From positions 1 to 64,000 of IMG/VR virus record IMGVR_UViG_3300021979_000003: a DNA stretch of 64,000 bases; one strand, written 5' to 3'. Position numbers and translations under genes: made by a program. The stretch is from a virus (lineage: Duplodnaviria > Caudoviricetes). The notes beneath the pieces are model-generated. The model made no database searches. It was not told where the DNA came from and saw only the letters and a list, made by a program, of their open reading frames with translations. This document shows, in pieces, positions 44,583-54,068 of this stretch (positions within the stretch are counted from its first letter, which is position 1; every line of letters starts with the position of its first letter).

Positions 44583-46792
44583 TTTAGCCACTCATTGTTG
44601 AATTCTTCTGTGTTCTGAATGAGGCTATTATCAATAACCACATCCGCCGACTCAGCATCATCAGTAACAACCATGTCATTTGCTTTCGCAAACAGGTCAA
44701 AGTAATCATACATTTTCATGAACGATGCATTGATATTCATGATATAGTTGAACTGATTTTCAATAGCACTCATTTGCGAACCGATATTTGATCCAGTCAT
44801 GTTATGGCTAGGCATATCAGCCCACAACATTGTTTTGTTTTCAATGTCGTAGATAAGTGCCAATACTGCCCTTGCGTCACACGTAAGGTCAAAACGATCT
44901 ACTACCTTCAATGGATCATATGTCTTATCGAATACACCATTGTCGCTGCACATAACGCCACAGAATGCATCAAAGCTATCTAGTGACTGATGACTAAATA
45001 CGTTTACATACATCACAACATAACGTGCATTACGGGACTTCAGTTTGTCTAGGTTAATATCAACAAACTCAGTAGCACCGTCAGGCGCTGACGTGAAGTC
45101 ACCAGAATGCTTCGAGTACTTACCATGTATATCATAATACGCACAAGTCTCAATTTGAGTAAAATTGTCATTAACAATAGTAGTAGACAAGTCTAGATCA
45201 ACACGACCACTTTCATCATTTTCCTTCCAATAGGTAAAGAAACGAAGATAGTTAGTATCCTCAGACACTTTCATACTAGAACCACGCTCAGCCTTAAACA
45301 TGCTGTTCTTCATGGAACGCATCTTCATCGGTAGAATACGTGTAGTCAATGAAGGATCGATGAAGATTGATTTACCTTCATACTCAGAGTCTTTAAGCTT
45401 TTCCTTAATGACTTCATCAATCACTGCAATAAGTTTCTTACAGTTTTCTTCGGAAATTTCTTCACGGTCTTTATCAATGACATTACTAAATCCACGCTTA
45501 TTAATATAAACACGAGAAACCGTATAGTTATTAAGACGTGAAGAAAAGTTATCACGTGCACCAACCAGAACCCTCATAGAGGCAGAAGAACCACAGTCCT
45601 TAAATGCATCTGTAATCAGGTCGATAGACTCAGGAAACTTACGAGAGAAGTTATCTAGGTTACGTGCAAAGATACCCGGACGTTGAGACGCCAGCTTTAC
45701 AACTTTACCAATGTTCTTCTCATCAACCAATGCAATTTGAAGTTTACCTTCAAACGTCTTAATTGTTTCCGGCTTGTTAAGGACAGTGTTTACAGCCTTG
45801 AATGAATCTTCGTACTTTTTCTTGAACACGCCAAAGTGAACCGCCATGTTAAGCTCAACCCACTTGTCACGTTCTTTGATCATATCTTCTAGTGGGTTTT
45901 TAATGTTATTCAAGTATGCAGCAACAAGCTTACGTTGGCTATTGGAAAGCTTGAACTTTCCATATTCCTCAGACTTGTTTACTTTTTCTGCTACACGCAT
46001 AACATCTTTAGCAGTTTTAACATTCTTAGAGGTCATATCGAAAACGGTTTTATAATCAAACCTGTCAAGCAGAAGATTGACAACCTTAGATACAGTTTCT
46101 TTAAACGGCATTTCACGATCAATAATCACTTTGATTTCGTCATCCGTTAGAACACTAACCATTTTTGTCAGGTCAAGTTCTTGTTGTGGAGACATACCAG
46201 TTTTGGATTCAACGCAAGAACCAACATAAGAGAAAAGTTGATCTTGTGTGATTAGACCGATTTCTTTCAGACGTGTGTTAACACTGAAGTTGCTTGTTTT
46301 ACCAATAGTCAACTCAACATCATACGCTGTGTATTCACAGATAGGACATTCTGATTGTGTCATGTAATCAGCAACACGATGACCACAGTCTAGAGTTTTC
46401 AATTCATTTACTTCGTCAGAAGCATCTGAAAACTGCTCAAGAAAGTCAACCAGTTCATTATTAACCAAGCGGCTATTTCGAATAACATCTGTTTTATCAA
46501 CAGCATGGTGCGGGAAACCTTCATACAAAGGCTTGAACACAACATAGGCACCTACCATTTCGGTAAGAGTTTTGAATGTAACATCTACCGTTTCTTCAAA
46601 CTCTTTCTTAGTAACATAACGAAGATGAGTCATGGCATCATCAGAAAGATAGAAGCCAAGGTTGATAAGCTCATGGTTAAATGCCTGAAGCATATGCTCT
46701 TCAACACGAACAGACTTTGTATTGTCTCCCGCTACTAACGACAGACGTGCTTCAATTGCGATTTCATTAAAAACTTTATTACGCTTAGACAT
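44579..46792 (-). CDS. prokaryotic RING-4 / TROVE-like / TerD multidomain protein
   Basis: LDCGH...ECPIC finger, helical repeats with RPGIFARNLD, C-terminal TerD (RVDLDLS, HSGDFTSAPDGATEFVDINL); likely start MSKRNK at 46792. Confidence 0.8.
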   Translation of the reverse strand: MSKRNKVFNEIAIEARLSLVAGDNTKSVRVEEHMLQAFNHELINLGFYLSDDAMTHLRYVTKKEFEETVDVTFKTLTEMVGAYVVFKPLYEGFPHHAVDKTDVIRNSRLVNNELVDFLEQFSDASDEVNELKTLDCGHRVADYMTQSECPICEYTAYDVELTIGKTSNFSVNTRLKEIGLITQDQLFSYVGSCVESKTGMSPQQELDLTKMVSVLTDDEIKVIIDREMPFKETVSKVVNLLLDRFDYKTVFDMTSKNVKTAKDVMRVAEKVNKSEEYGKFKLSNSQRKLVAAYLNNIKNPLEDMIKERDKWVELNMAVHFGVFKKKYEDSFKAVNTVLNKPETIKTFEGKLQIALVDEKNIGKVVKLASQRPGIFARNLDNFSRKFPESIDLITDAFKDCGSSASMRVLVGARDNFSSRLNNYTVSRVYINKRGFSNVIDKDREEISEENCKKLIAVIDEVIKEKLKDSEYEGKSIFIDPSLTTRILPMKMRSMKNSMFKAERGSSMKVSEDTNYLRFFTYWKENDESGRVDLDLSTTIVNDNFTQIETCAYYDIHGKYSKHSGDFTSAPDGATEFVDINLDKLKSRNARYVVMYVNVFSHQSLDSFDAFCGVMCSDNGVFDKTYDPLKVVDRFDLTCDARAVLALIYDIENKTMLWADMPSHNMTGSNIGSQMSAIENQFNYIMNINASFMKMYDYFDLFAKANDMVVTDDAESADVVIDNSLIQNTEEFNNEWLK

Positions 46793-47279
46793 TAGTAACT
46801 TCTCCGTTGACATATTCATATTCGCTCATTTTACCAGTAAGGAAAAGAAATGAACGCTGATACTTAATCATTCTGTTGATATCTTTTTGACTTACACCTT
46901 TCAGACGTGTGATGTTTGAGTTGTCCTTAAGGTCTGCCAGCTTAACCTTTCGACTATCTTCGTTTTCTTTAATGCCACGAATATAGTTGGTGTAACTGTC
47001 TTGTGGCATGTGAGTGAGGCGTACAAGAGCATCTACAACACGTGCACTGAATCCCATTTTAATAAGGTCTTCGAAAGTTATATCAGTGTCCTCTACCACA
47101 TCGTGGAGTACTGCGATTTGACGCAACTCAGGGTCATCATCTGGCATCGCGTTCATAACACGAAGGACATGAAGCACGTAAGGTCTACCACCTTTATCTA
47201 GAACGCCATCATGTTTTTCAGATGCGAGGGCGATAGCTTTGGATAGCATTTTCCATTGATTACGTGCTTGATCAGTCAT
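46785..47279 (-). CDS. HD-domain hydrolase, SpoT/MESH1-like
   Basis: AIALASEKHDG..DKGGRPYVLH...AVLHDVVEDT...VKLADLKDN. Confidence 0.9.
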   Translation of the reverse strand: MTDQARNQWKMLSKAIALASEKHDGVLDKGGRPYVLHVLRVMNAMPDDDPELRQIAVLHDVVEDTDITFEDLIKMGFSARVVDALVRLTHMPQDSYTNYIRGIKENEDSRKVKLADLKDNSNITRLKGVSQKDINRMIKYQRSFLFLTGKMSEYEYVNGEVTNV

Positions 47280-47341
47280 GTCTTTCTCCTAATTTATTTC
47301 GACTATAACTAATGGTATCACAGTTTAACTCAGTTGTGAAC

Positions 47342-48016
47342 CTAAATTTTTCCGTGTTTCTCTCTCCAATTCCCAGAGTTGGATTGCTTGCTTTTCTTAC
47401 GACGGTAGTTCCATGTTGCAAACGAGCGCGTACCAGTCAAGTAAAAGTACAGACCAGCACCAACTACTGCACCCAAGCCGTGCGCCAAGAAGCTCACATT
47501 TAAAGGTAGAGCGAGTAGTACAACATGAAAGATAATCAGATAACCAGCTAGGAACTTATAGCTTTTAATCTTATTCAAAATACCAAAAGTAATGAATGCC
47601 ATAATAACACCGGAGTAACCTACAGTTGGAACAGTACCAAAAAATATTAGAAGTGGTCCGATGATGAATGCACTTCCAATATACAAAAACCAGAGTACCC
47701 ACTGTTTGAAGTAATACTTATAGCGAAGTTCTTCAGCACCAACACTTAGGCATAGCATATTCATTACAAAATGAAGAAGTCCAATGTGTGTGAAGTTTGC
47801 AAACAACCACGATACACTTGAAATCTCTTCGGGGCTATTGACCGCAAACAGTCCAATTAAGTCAGGGTTAATAAAGGTACATATAAAGAACAGTGTGTTA
47901 ATCACAAGTGCAGTAATCAGGGGCCAATTTCTACCCCTCATATTACGACTGTAACCCTTTTTGAAAGGGTTACGGAAAGTTAGCTTACGTTCTGTTTTAA
48001 TATTAGTCTCATACAT
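47342..48016 (-). CDS. rhomboid intramembrane serine protease
   Basis: FTHIGLLHFVMNM, GYSG (Ser), AHGLG (His); likely start 48016. Confidence 0.88.
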   Translation of the reverse strand: MYETNIKTERKLTFRNPFKKGYSRNMRGRNWPLITALVINTLFFICTFINPDLIGLFAVNSPEEISSVSWLFANFTHIGLLHFVMNMLCLSVGAEELRYKYYFKQWVLWFLYIGSAFIIGPLLIFFGTVPTVGYSGVIMAFITFGILNKIKSYKFLAGYLIIFHVVLLALPLNVSFLAHGLGAVVGAGLYFYLTGTRSFATWNYRRKKSKQSNSGNWREKHGKI

Positions 48017-48020
48017 ACGA

Positions 48021-48533
48021 TCACCAGAGTTCAAATATATCGTGAATTTTATCCATGTGTTTCTCATTATACAGATTGTACACAGGAATATCAAACAAAC
48101 TCGCTAACTTAATAGCCGTTGCTGTACCACCTGTGTTTCTTGTACAACTATCAATATCATATGCACCATCAGGAGTCCAGCATATTACCATATCTGATTT
48201 TTCATTTGGGTCTAAGTTCTTACCAAATATCTGAAATACATTTCTGGCATGAAGCTTCTTAGAGCCTTGTGACAAATTATTGTATGCTGGATGAATAATA
48301 CTTATCATTTCATCAGCCAAATCTAAAAGGCGAGAATCTTTTATAACAATTCCATTATTACTAAACCCGCTCCATGGAATGAATATCTCTAAATTATTAG
48401 TGGTTTGTTCAAATGCGGTGTCACATCCTTTTGCTCCCCCACTTCTAACAATGTGATTTTGAAGTGGGAGGCGGGTTATGAAATCATACATTTCTTCTGG
48501 TACTTTTCTACTACCGATACCAGTCACTATCAT
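48021..48533 (-). CDS. SLOG-superfamily (DprA/YspA-like) protein
   Basis: TGIGSR, RSGGAKGCD, ARN, GGTATA motifs. Confidence 0.8.
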   Translation of the reverse strand: MIVTGIGSRKVPEEMYDFITRLPLQNHIVRSGGAKGCDTAFEQTTNNLEIFIPWSGFSNNGIVIKDSRLLDLADEMISIIHPAYNNLSQGSKKLHARNVFQIFGKNLDPNEKSDMVICWTPDGAYDIDSCTRNTGGTATAIKLASLFDIPVYNLYNEKHMDKIHDIFELW

Positions 48534-48859
48534 CGATAATATACTTCCTTGGCGACAAAGATTTTATAAGAACAGTTCCTTACCATAATGCCATCATTAA
48601 GTTCTGCCTGTTCGAGATAGTTCTTCACGTTTTCATCAGTACAATGATTCACAGTAAAAAATTCTTCTCCTGCTTCTTCAATCGCGTCAATGTTACGATC
48701 AATATCATCAAGGATAATTTTTTTCACTTTATAAGCATCGTCTTCTTTCTTGAATAGACCAATGCAATAGAATGAAACATCGTCTTCCGTGTCTTCGATT
48801 ACATACACGCCCCAAACATTTCTATAAGTTATAATCATATTGCTTTCTCCTACGTCCAA
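48530..48859 (-). CDS. acidic hypothetical protein
   Basis: Operon context; start uncertain. Confidence 0.65.
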   Translation of the reverse strand: MDVGESNMIITYRNVWGVYVIEDTEDDVSFYCIGLFKKEDDAYKVKKIILDDIDRNIDAIEEAGEEFFTVNHCTDENVKNYLEQAELNDGIMVRNCSYKIFVAKEVYYR

Positions 48860-49704
48860 AGTGTTGATCTTATATCGACCAACTTTTTGAGCATCTTGTT
48901 ATCTTCTTCATAGAAGTCTTGCTCTGAATCGTGCTTACTATTTATTTTATTTGAATACTCTCTGTATACATCTGGGTGATCTTTCTTAAACCTATCACTC
49001 AAGATGAAACACACACCGTATTCTTTTTCGTATTCTTCACGATCTTTAATCGACATAAACGCTTCAACTGAAATGTATTTTCGGTTGGGACGTAAATCGA
49101 CATACCAAACATAAAGCTCAAGTATTTCCTTGTACTTTTCTATCTGTCTGATTATGGAATTCTGCTCTGAAATACTGGATGCATCATATGGGTTCATGTC
49201 AATGTTTTTAGTTATATGCATGACACCAAGTTCTGGTGACCGGAACTTAGAACTTTGAATTCCAAGGAAATCAAAATGTTTCGAAATAATACGTTGCTTT
49301 TTATATGAGTCGTACAGTGGATGTGATTCATCCATGCAAATAAATTCCATCCATGCCAGTTCGCCTTCTACGAACTCTTTGAGAAGATTAAACATACCGT
49401 GAAACATACGGTCATCGACTTCATTGTAACCAACGCCCAGACCCGTATCAATCATGTGTGTTCTTTCAGTGATACGATGTGCAATTACATTACGTAAGTT
49501 GGGAATACGATCACTGATAAGGAATCGGTATGCACTATCAATCTTATCTGGAACTGTTTCTAAAAGAAAGTATCGAATCGGTGTATCTTCACGATATTTC
49601 TTGTAGAAATCGTTCCAACCATCATGAGAGAGTGCAAAGGGTTTCTCTGCACCGTACTTGTCTCTCAATTTTTCTACTACTTTACTCGAAATACTTCTAA
49701 TCAC
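48850..49704 (-). CDS. hypothetical protein
   Basis: 284-aa ORF ending in L..L..IR..LWT. Confidence 0.8.
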   Translation of the reverse strand: MIRSISSKVVEKLRDKYGAEKPFALSHDGWNDFYKKYREDTPIRYFLLETVPDKIDSAYRFLISDRIPNLRNVIAHRITERTHMIDTGLGVGYNEVDDRMFHGMFNLLKEFVEGELAWMEFICMDESHPLYDSYKKQRIISKHFDFLGIQSSKFRSPELGVMHITKNIDMNPYDASSISEQNSIIRQIEKYKEILELYVWYVDLRPNRKYISVEAFMSIKDREEYEKEYGVCFILSDRFKKDHPDVYREYSNKINSKHDSEQDFYEEDNKMLKKLVDIRSTLWT

Positions 49705-50477
49705 ACATCAACCCCTAGTGATATATTTTTAATATGTTCGAATGATGGGTTATCAAACGAATCCACAATGGTTACATTTCGTTGTGCTTCGCGAGATTCC
49801 GGTTTATTTTTATCGGGTATCTTGTCCCACACTTCATCTTCAATAGGCATTGTAACCTGTTTACGGTAGATGTAAACCCCATAACGAAACTCGTTAGGAT
49901 AGTCATACCAATTAACATCTTTACGAAGACCCAACATGCTAATGACTTCAGTAGTCTTCTTCTTATGCATGTCACTACGACTTAGGTAATAATGACCAAC
50001 CATAGACACTGAGTTTCGCACACAGTCAACTTGCCTCCAATAAATGGAATTAACCGCTTCATTGTAGTCTGGAACGTTGAATGCACGAGCATCAAAGTGT
50101 GGAGTGGTTTCAGACACATGCTCAGGCCATTTCTTCATCGCTTCAATGACGAATTTAGATGTTGCCATAGCAGCCAGAACACTAACCACTTTTTGTTTCT
50201 TAGCATTGAAGAAAACATCTTTGCGATCAATAAGAATAGAAATCTCATCGCTTTGAGTATAGGCCAAGCAACCGCCACACTTTTCCATGACGTGCTTAGC
50301 CGTTGCAACCATCACTTCCCGAAAGTCTTCATCATACGGACGCTTGAACGGTTTGGTAAATTTACTGAAACCACGTCCGTCTAGACGTACAACGATAGGA
50401 AGGTTTGGATTAAGCTTTTCACGAGTTTCTTTTTTCTCGTACATTTTCATTCTATGTGCAAAATCAGTACTATCCAT
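49701..50477 (-). CDS. thg1: tRNA(His) guanylyltransferase (Thg1-like) 3'-5' polymerase
   Basis: RMKMYE, VVRLDGRGFSKFT, YTQSDEIS, FDARAF, WRQVDCVRNS. Confidence 0.93.
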   Translation of the reverse strand: MDSTDFAHRMKMYEKKETREKLNPNLPIVVRLDGRGFSKFTKPFKRPYDEDFREVMVATAKHVMEKCGGCLAYTQSDEISILIDRKDVFFNAKKQKVVSVLAAMATSKFVIEAMKKWPEHVSETTPHFDARAFNVPDYNEAVNSIYWRQVDCVRNSVSMVGHYYLSRSDMHKKKTTEVISMLGLRKDVNWYDYPNEFRYGVYIYRKQVTMPIEDEVWDKIPDKNKPESREAQRNVTIVDSFDNPSFEHIKNISLGVDV

Positions 50478-50495
50478 AACAATTATCCTTACAAA

Positions 50496-50717
50496 TTAAA
50501 TGGTTACAAAAGACGCAGTAGACAAGAAATAGTCAAATACTGGCTCTGATACAAAGATCAGTGCGCGTTCACCATGGACGGTTTTACATACATAGTGTTC
50601 ATCTTCAAGAACATGTACAACATTTTCAGAAAATTCAATCTCAATGGTTTGACCGTGGAGACTTCCACCTGCTACACGAACTTCATCATTAGACACAACA
50701 ACACTCATATCAGTCAT
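50496..50717 (-). CDS. small hypothetical protein
   Basis: AAGGGG RBS; GGSLHG motif. Confidence 0.65.
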   Translation of the reverse strand: MTDMSVVVSNDEVRVAGGSLHGQTIEIEFSENVVHVLEDEHYVCKTVHGERALIFVSEPVFDYFLSTASFVTI

Positions 50718-50760
50718 AATATTTCCCCTTTTATGTTACGTTTATAGATTATACCAAAGA

Positions 50761-51825
50761 TTACTCAGAAAGCAAATCTTTAATGATATAATAGTGATCT
50801 TCAAAAAACATATCTCGCATGTTTTCGATTTCAAACAAAGAGAACCATCCTGCATGTTCTTTCTGGCTTTTTGTTTTACGCACCTTGGGGAATCCCTTAA
50901 GGCTTGTAACATTGTCCAGTTCTACCAGACCTGCATTAGTAATAATGCGTCCGCGTAGTGAACGGATAGGATCATCATATGTCTTAACTTTGCGTACATT
51001 AGAACTAAGAATGTTTTCATGTACTTGAATGTTGGTGTCTTTTTTCAAATTTTTAACAACACCTTCCTCAATAGTATCACCTTGAGAAAGAAAGCCTCCC
51101 GGCAAACAATAAAGGTCTTTACCAACAGCACCTTTGCGCTTTACGACCAAGACATAGCCTTTGTAATAAACCACTGCATCTGTAGTTACAAAGGTAGGAG
51201 GAAATGGTGCTGCTTCCCACTGTGACTTTTGAAATTTAACTGCCTCATATTCTTCCTTGAGGTCTTCAAAGTCATAACCCTTGCGAAAAGTATCATACCA
51301 CTCACCCTTCCTGAACTTATCATAAAGATTGGTCATGTTGGGAGCAATGTGTAATGAGATATCTTCCATACCATAGAAGTCTTCATAAAGTTCCTGACTG
51401 ATGCCCATATCAACTTTATTCACATTGAAGATTGGCTCAGGGAAAATGTTTTCATATCGGTGATTTGATTCACTCGATACATACACATTTAGTTCTAGAT
51501 TTTTTCGATCTACATACAAAGCATTAAGACGCTCATTCAATTTCGAATGAACATCTGTGATCCACTGACGCTTATTAACGGGGTTGTCTTTGACAAGGCA
51601 GATAGAAAAGTCTTCCTTTTCCAACCCATCATTGACTTCGAAGGTTTTTAGAATGTTGTCTGCACGATCATGCTTGTTGAAAGGCATTGTGTAATCTTTA
51701 GAACGATCAGCAGAACAAACAAAGATCAACACATGATCATTCTCATCTGATGCTTTTCTAAGAACATGGAAAATTTCTCGGGTTACAAACGAGAACTTAC
51801 CGACTACTACTCCAATCTTTGCCAT
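50761..51825 (-). CDS. NadM-Nudix homologue with both catalytic motifs degenerate
   Basis: APFPPTFVTTDAVV, LPGGF, RSLRGRIIT, FEDH retained; GRFQPFHxGH is GKFSFVTREI; RELxEE is KNLKKD. Confidence 0.85.
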   Translation of the reverse strand: MAKIGVVVGKFSFVTREIFHVLRKASDENDHVLIFVCSADRSKDYTMPFNKHDRADNILKTFEVNDGLEKEDFSICLVKDNPVNKRQWITDVHSKLNERLNALYVDRKNLELNVYVSSESNHRYENIFPEPIFNVNKVDMGISQELYEDFYGMEDISLHIAPNMTNLYDKFRKGEWYDTFRKGYDFEDLKEEYEAVKFQKSQWEAAPFPPTFVTTDAVVYYKGYVLVVKRKGAVGKDLYCLPGGFLSQGDTIEEGVVKNLKKDTNIQVHENILSSNVRKVKTYDDPIRSLRGRIITNAGLVELDNVTSLKGFPKVRKTKSQKEHAGWFSLFEIENMRDMFFEDHYYIIKDLLSE

Positions 51826-52039
51826 AGCGAGAACCCCTTAATTCGATACGCTTTTCTTTATGATAAAGATATGATACCACAGCTACATAGAAAATAGCAA
51901 CTATTTTATTAATGTATGGGATAGATGATAGTATAACAGAAAACAGTGCCTTCGAAATTATAAAGGCACCGCTATAGAATGCTATAATGTAAAAAGCTCC
52001 AAAAAAGGAGCAAATTATTAAAAGTCTCAGTCTTTCCAT
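51797..52039 (-). CDS. membrane protein
   Basis: Hydrophobic segments. Confidence 0.65.
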   Translation of the reverse strand: MERLRLLIICSFFGAFYIIAFYSGAFIISKALFSVILSSIPYINKIVAIFYVAVVSYLYHKEKRIELRGSRYGKDWSSSR

Positions 52040-52044
52040 CTTTG

Positions 52045-52560
52045 CTATCTCATAAAGGGGATTTGTCTTTTAAACTTATTTCTTGAAAAATCATTATTCA
52101 AATAATATCGTTCACCGAAGTGGTCATATACTCTAGAGAAAAATGAAGGGTGAATCTTTTTATGTAAACTCTCCATTGATATCTTAGGCATATCACTATA
52201 GTCTTCTCCGATATTATACTCATTAGACAAACCAACGGAAATCCTAAAAGAGTAATTATTTGTATACAAATAATCTTCGCTATTAAACACAGATACTGTT
52301 TTGTAACTTGAATCAATTTCAGGTTGGTTGATGGTAACCCTGAAGCTTGCAAACTCCAACACACCATCAATATATTCCATTTCAAATCGACGTATAGAGT
52401 CTAATGATCGGTGATCTAAAAGCAATATACGATGATCACGCACGTAGTCTTCAAATATTTCTTTTTGAACAGTGCGTATGTAATGTGTCAAATCATTAAG
52501 TATTGATATATCCCTTTGGTATGGAAGGTAAGGATATACAGCAACTGTTTTATTATTCAT
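52045..52560 (-). CDS. hypothetical protein
   Basis: Likely start MNNKTV at 52560. Confidence 0.7.
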   Translation of the reverse strand: MNNKTVAVYPYLPYQRDISILNDLTHYIRTVQKEIFEDYVRDHRILLLDHRSLDSIRRFEMEYIDGVLEFASFRVTINQPEIDSSYKTVSVFNSEDYLYTNNYSFRISVGLSNEYNIGEDYSDMPKISMESLHKKIHPSFFSRVYDHFGERYYLNNDFSRNKFKRQIPFMR

Positions 52561-53021
52561 AGGTATAGTCTGTTGCAATAATTAGGTAGTTTCGTATTTT
52601 TATTAATAATGGTGTTTACGATTGTTGCACTAGACAACATACTGTATTTATTAAGTTCAATTGCATCAGAAACAGTTGAGGTTATCAAATACGTATATCC
52701 TCTTACTGCACTTAGCATACGGTCATTTTTATTTAAAACATGAAGCTTATCATAATAAATTTCTTTTCTGTCTAGCCAATGTCTAACCAATTCACCATCA
52801 GGGTCACTAGACATTCTACGATTGTATATGTCTATTTGATAACCACGTTGACGTAGTTGGTATATCATAACTAGCAAATAGGCGTTAAAGTCCAGCTTAG
52901 ACATAGAAAAACTGTCCATGGTGTGGACAGTAGTTTTTTGACTACGATACCGATTTATCTTAGATAGCGTAGTCACTGTGTTGGCTAGTGTATTATCAAA
53001 TTCGATAAGAGCTACCGACAT
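52557..53021 (-). CDS. HAD-fold phosphatase-like protein, catalytic motifs degenerate
   Basis: LIEFDNTLA in place of DxDGTL; ..HWLDRKEIYYDKL typical of phage PNK/5'-nucleotidase HADs. Confidence 0.6.
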   Translation of the reverse strand: MSVALIEFDNTLANTVTTLSKINRYRSQKTTVHTMDSFSMSKLDFNAYLLVMIYQLRQRGYQIDIYNRRMSSDPDGELVRHWLDRKEIYYDKLHVLNKNDRMLSAVRGYTYLITSTVSDAIELNKYSMLSSATIVNTIINKNTKLPNYCNRLYL

Positions 53022-53022
53022 A

Positions 53023-53406
53023 TTAAATTAGAACTATACAGGCAATAATTGCATAGTGAGTTAGGTGATGAACCATTTGATCTAATCCCAAGCTCCACCA
53101 GAAACGTTTATCTTTAATGTCATAACGTCCTAGCATATTAGGACTAGCTTTTACACGATCCATAACAAAGTGCACAGCCATGTCGAACAATGCTAAGCAT
53201 ACTGATAGGAATAGCATTTGAGTGAATGAGATAGCAATGATAAAGGTTGCAAGTGCATGTACACCAGTATGTGCAAGTAGAGGCTTCACCCACCCGATAT
53301 CTTTGAACTTACCAAGCATATAAACATTCTGAAGTGGGTAATCACAAATAAAATGCTTAAGTTGGTACAAAACCAATAATACAAAAATACTAGTTACGAT
53401 TTCCAT
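53023..53406 (-). CDS. DUF3307 membrane protein
   Basis: KHFICDYPLQ, AHTGVH, HFVMD, GLDQMVH. Confidence 0.88.
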   Translation of the reverse strand: MEIVTSIFVLLVLYQLKHFICDYPLQNVYMLGKFKDIGWVKPLLAHTGVHALATFIIAISFTQMLFLSVCLALFDMAVHFVMDRVKASPNMLGRYDIKDKRFWWSLGLDQMVHHLTHYAIIACIVLI

Positions 53407-53572
53407 TTATAGCTCCTGTAATGTTCATGTTTATTAAATAACGATAAGGGACGTGAATACCATGTTCTATATTCTGGTCCCTTGTCTGATTATCATAATT
53501 CCAATTTCGATAGTTATAGTATTCCACACTAAGATTTTTAGTGTAGTCGTTTTTATTACTGCTCATAACACC

Positions 53573-53932
53573 TCAGTTTAATATATCGGAGTTTATGATA
53601 TTAATTTCGATATTATACTTACTTCGCATAACTGCTCTCGCACCCATGATGTGGCGCACGGCAGCGACATTTGAAGAATGAACATAGATTCTTTTAAGCT
53701 TAGAAAGCTCGATATCTTTCCAATAAAGACGTTCTTCAATCCATTTGAAAATATCTTTCCCTTCAATCTCTTCGCCTAAATCATTGTCCAAGCTGACAAC
53801 TTCAAACGTGTTTGTTTGAAGAGCTTTAAAAGCATCGGCAGAATTCTTAACCCATACCCATTCCCCTTTAACGAACTCTTCTGGGTTTCGTAAATCATCG
53901 ACCCATAACATATTTGACATAACAACCTCCAA
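53573..53932 (-). CDS. cyclic-phosphate-processing receiver-domain protein
   Basis: LWVDDLR, SLDNDLG, IYVHSSN. Confidence 0.85.
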   Translation of the reverse strand: MEVVMSNMLWVDDLRNPEEFVKGEWVWVKNSADAFKALQTNTFEVVSLDNDLGEEIEGKDIFKWIEERLYWKDIELSKLKRIYVHSSNVAAVRHIMGARAVMRSKYNIEINIINSDILN

Positions 53933-54068
53933 CGTACAATGGTACGTATATTATTTTTCTTCTGAATCCTTATCGGCTTTCAGAACATTAGCATCATCTT
54001 CTGCTAATTGGTCTTCACGCCAAATTTCATAAATTTCCTGTGAATTGCTAACTGTTTCATACTGAGTA

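Noticed and set aside
40888-46792. Retron or defence-RT-type ncRNA system
   Set aside because: No reverse transcriptase motifs (YxDD) in any nearby ORF
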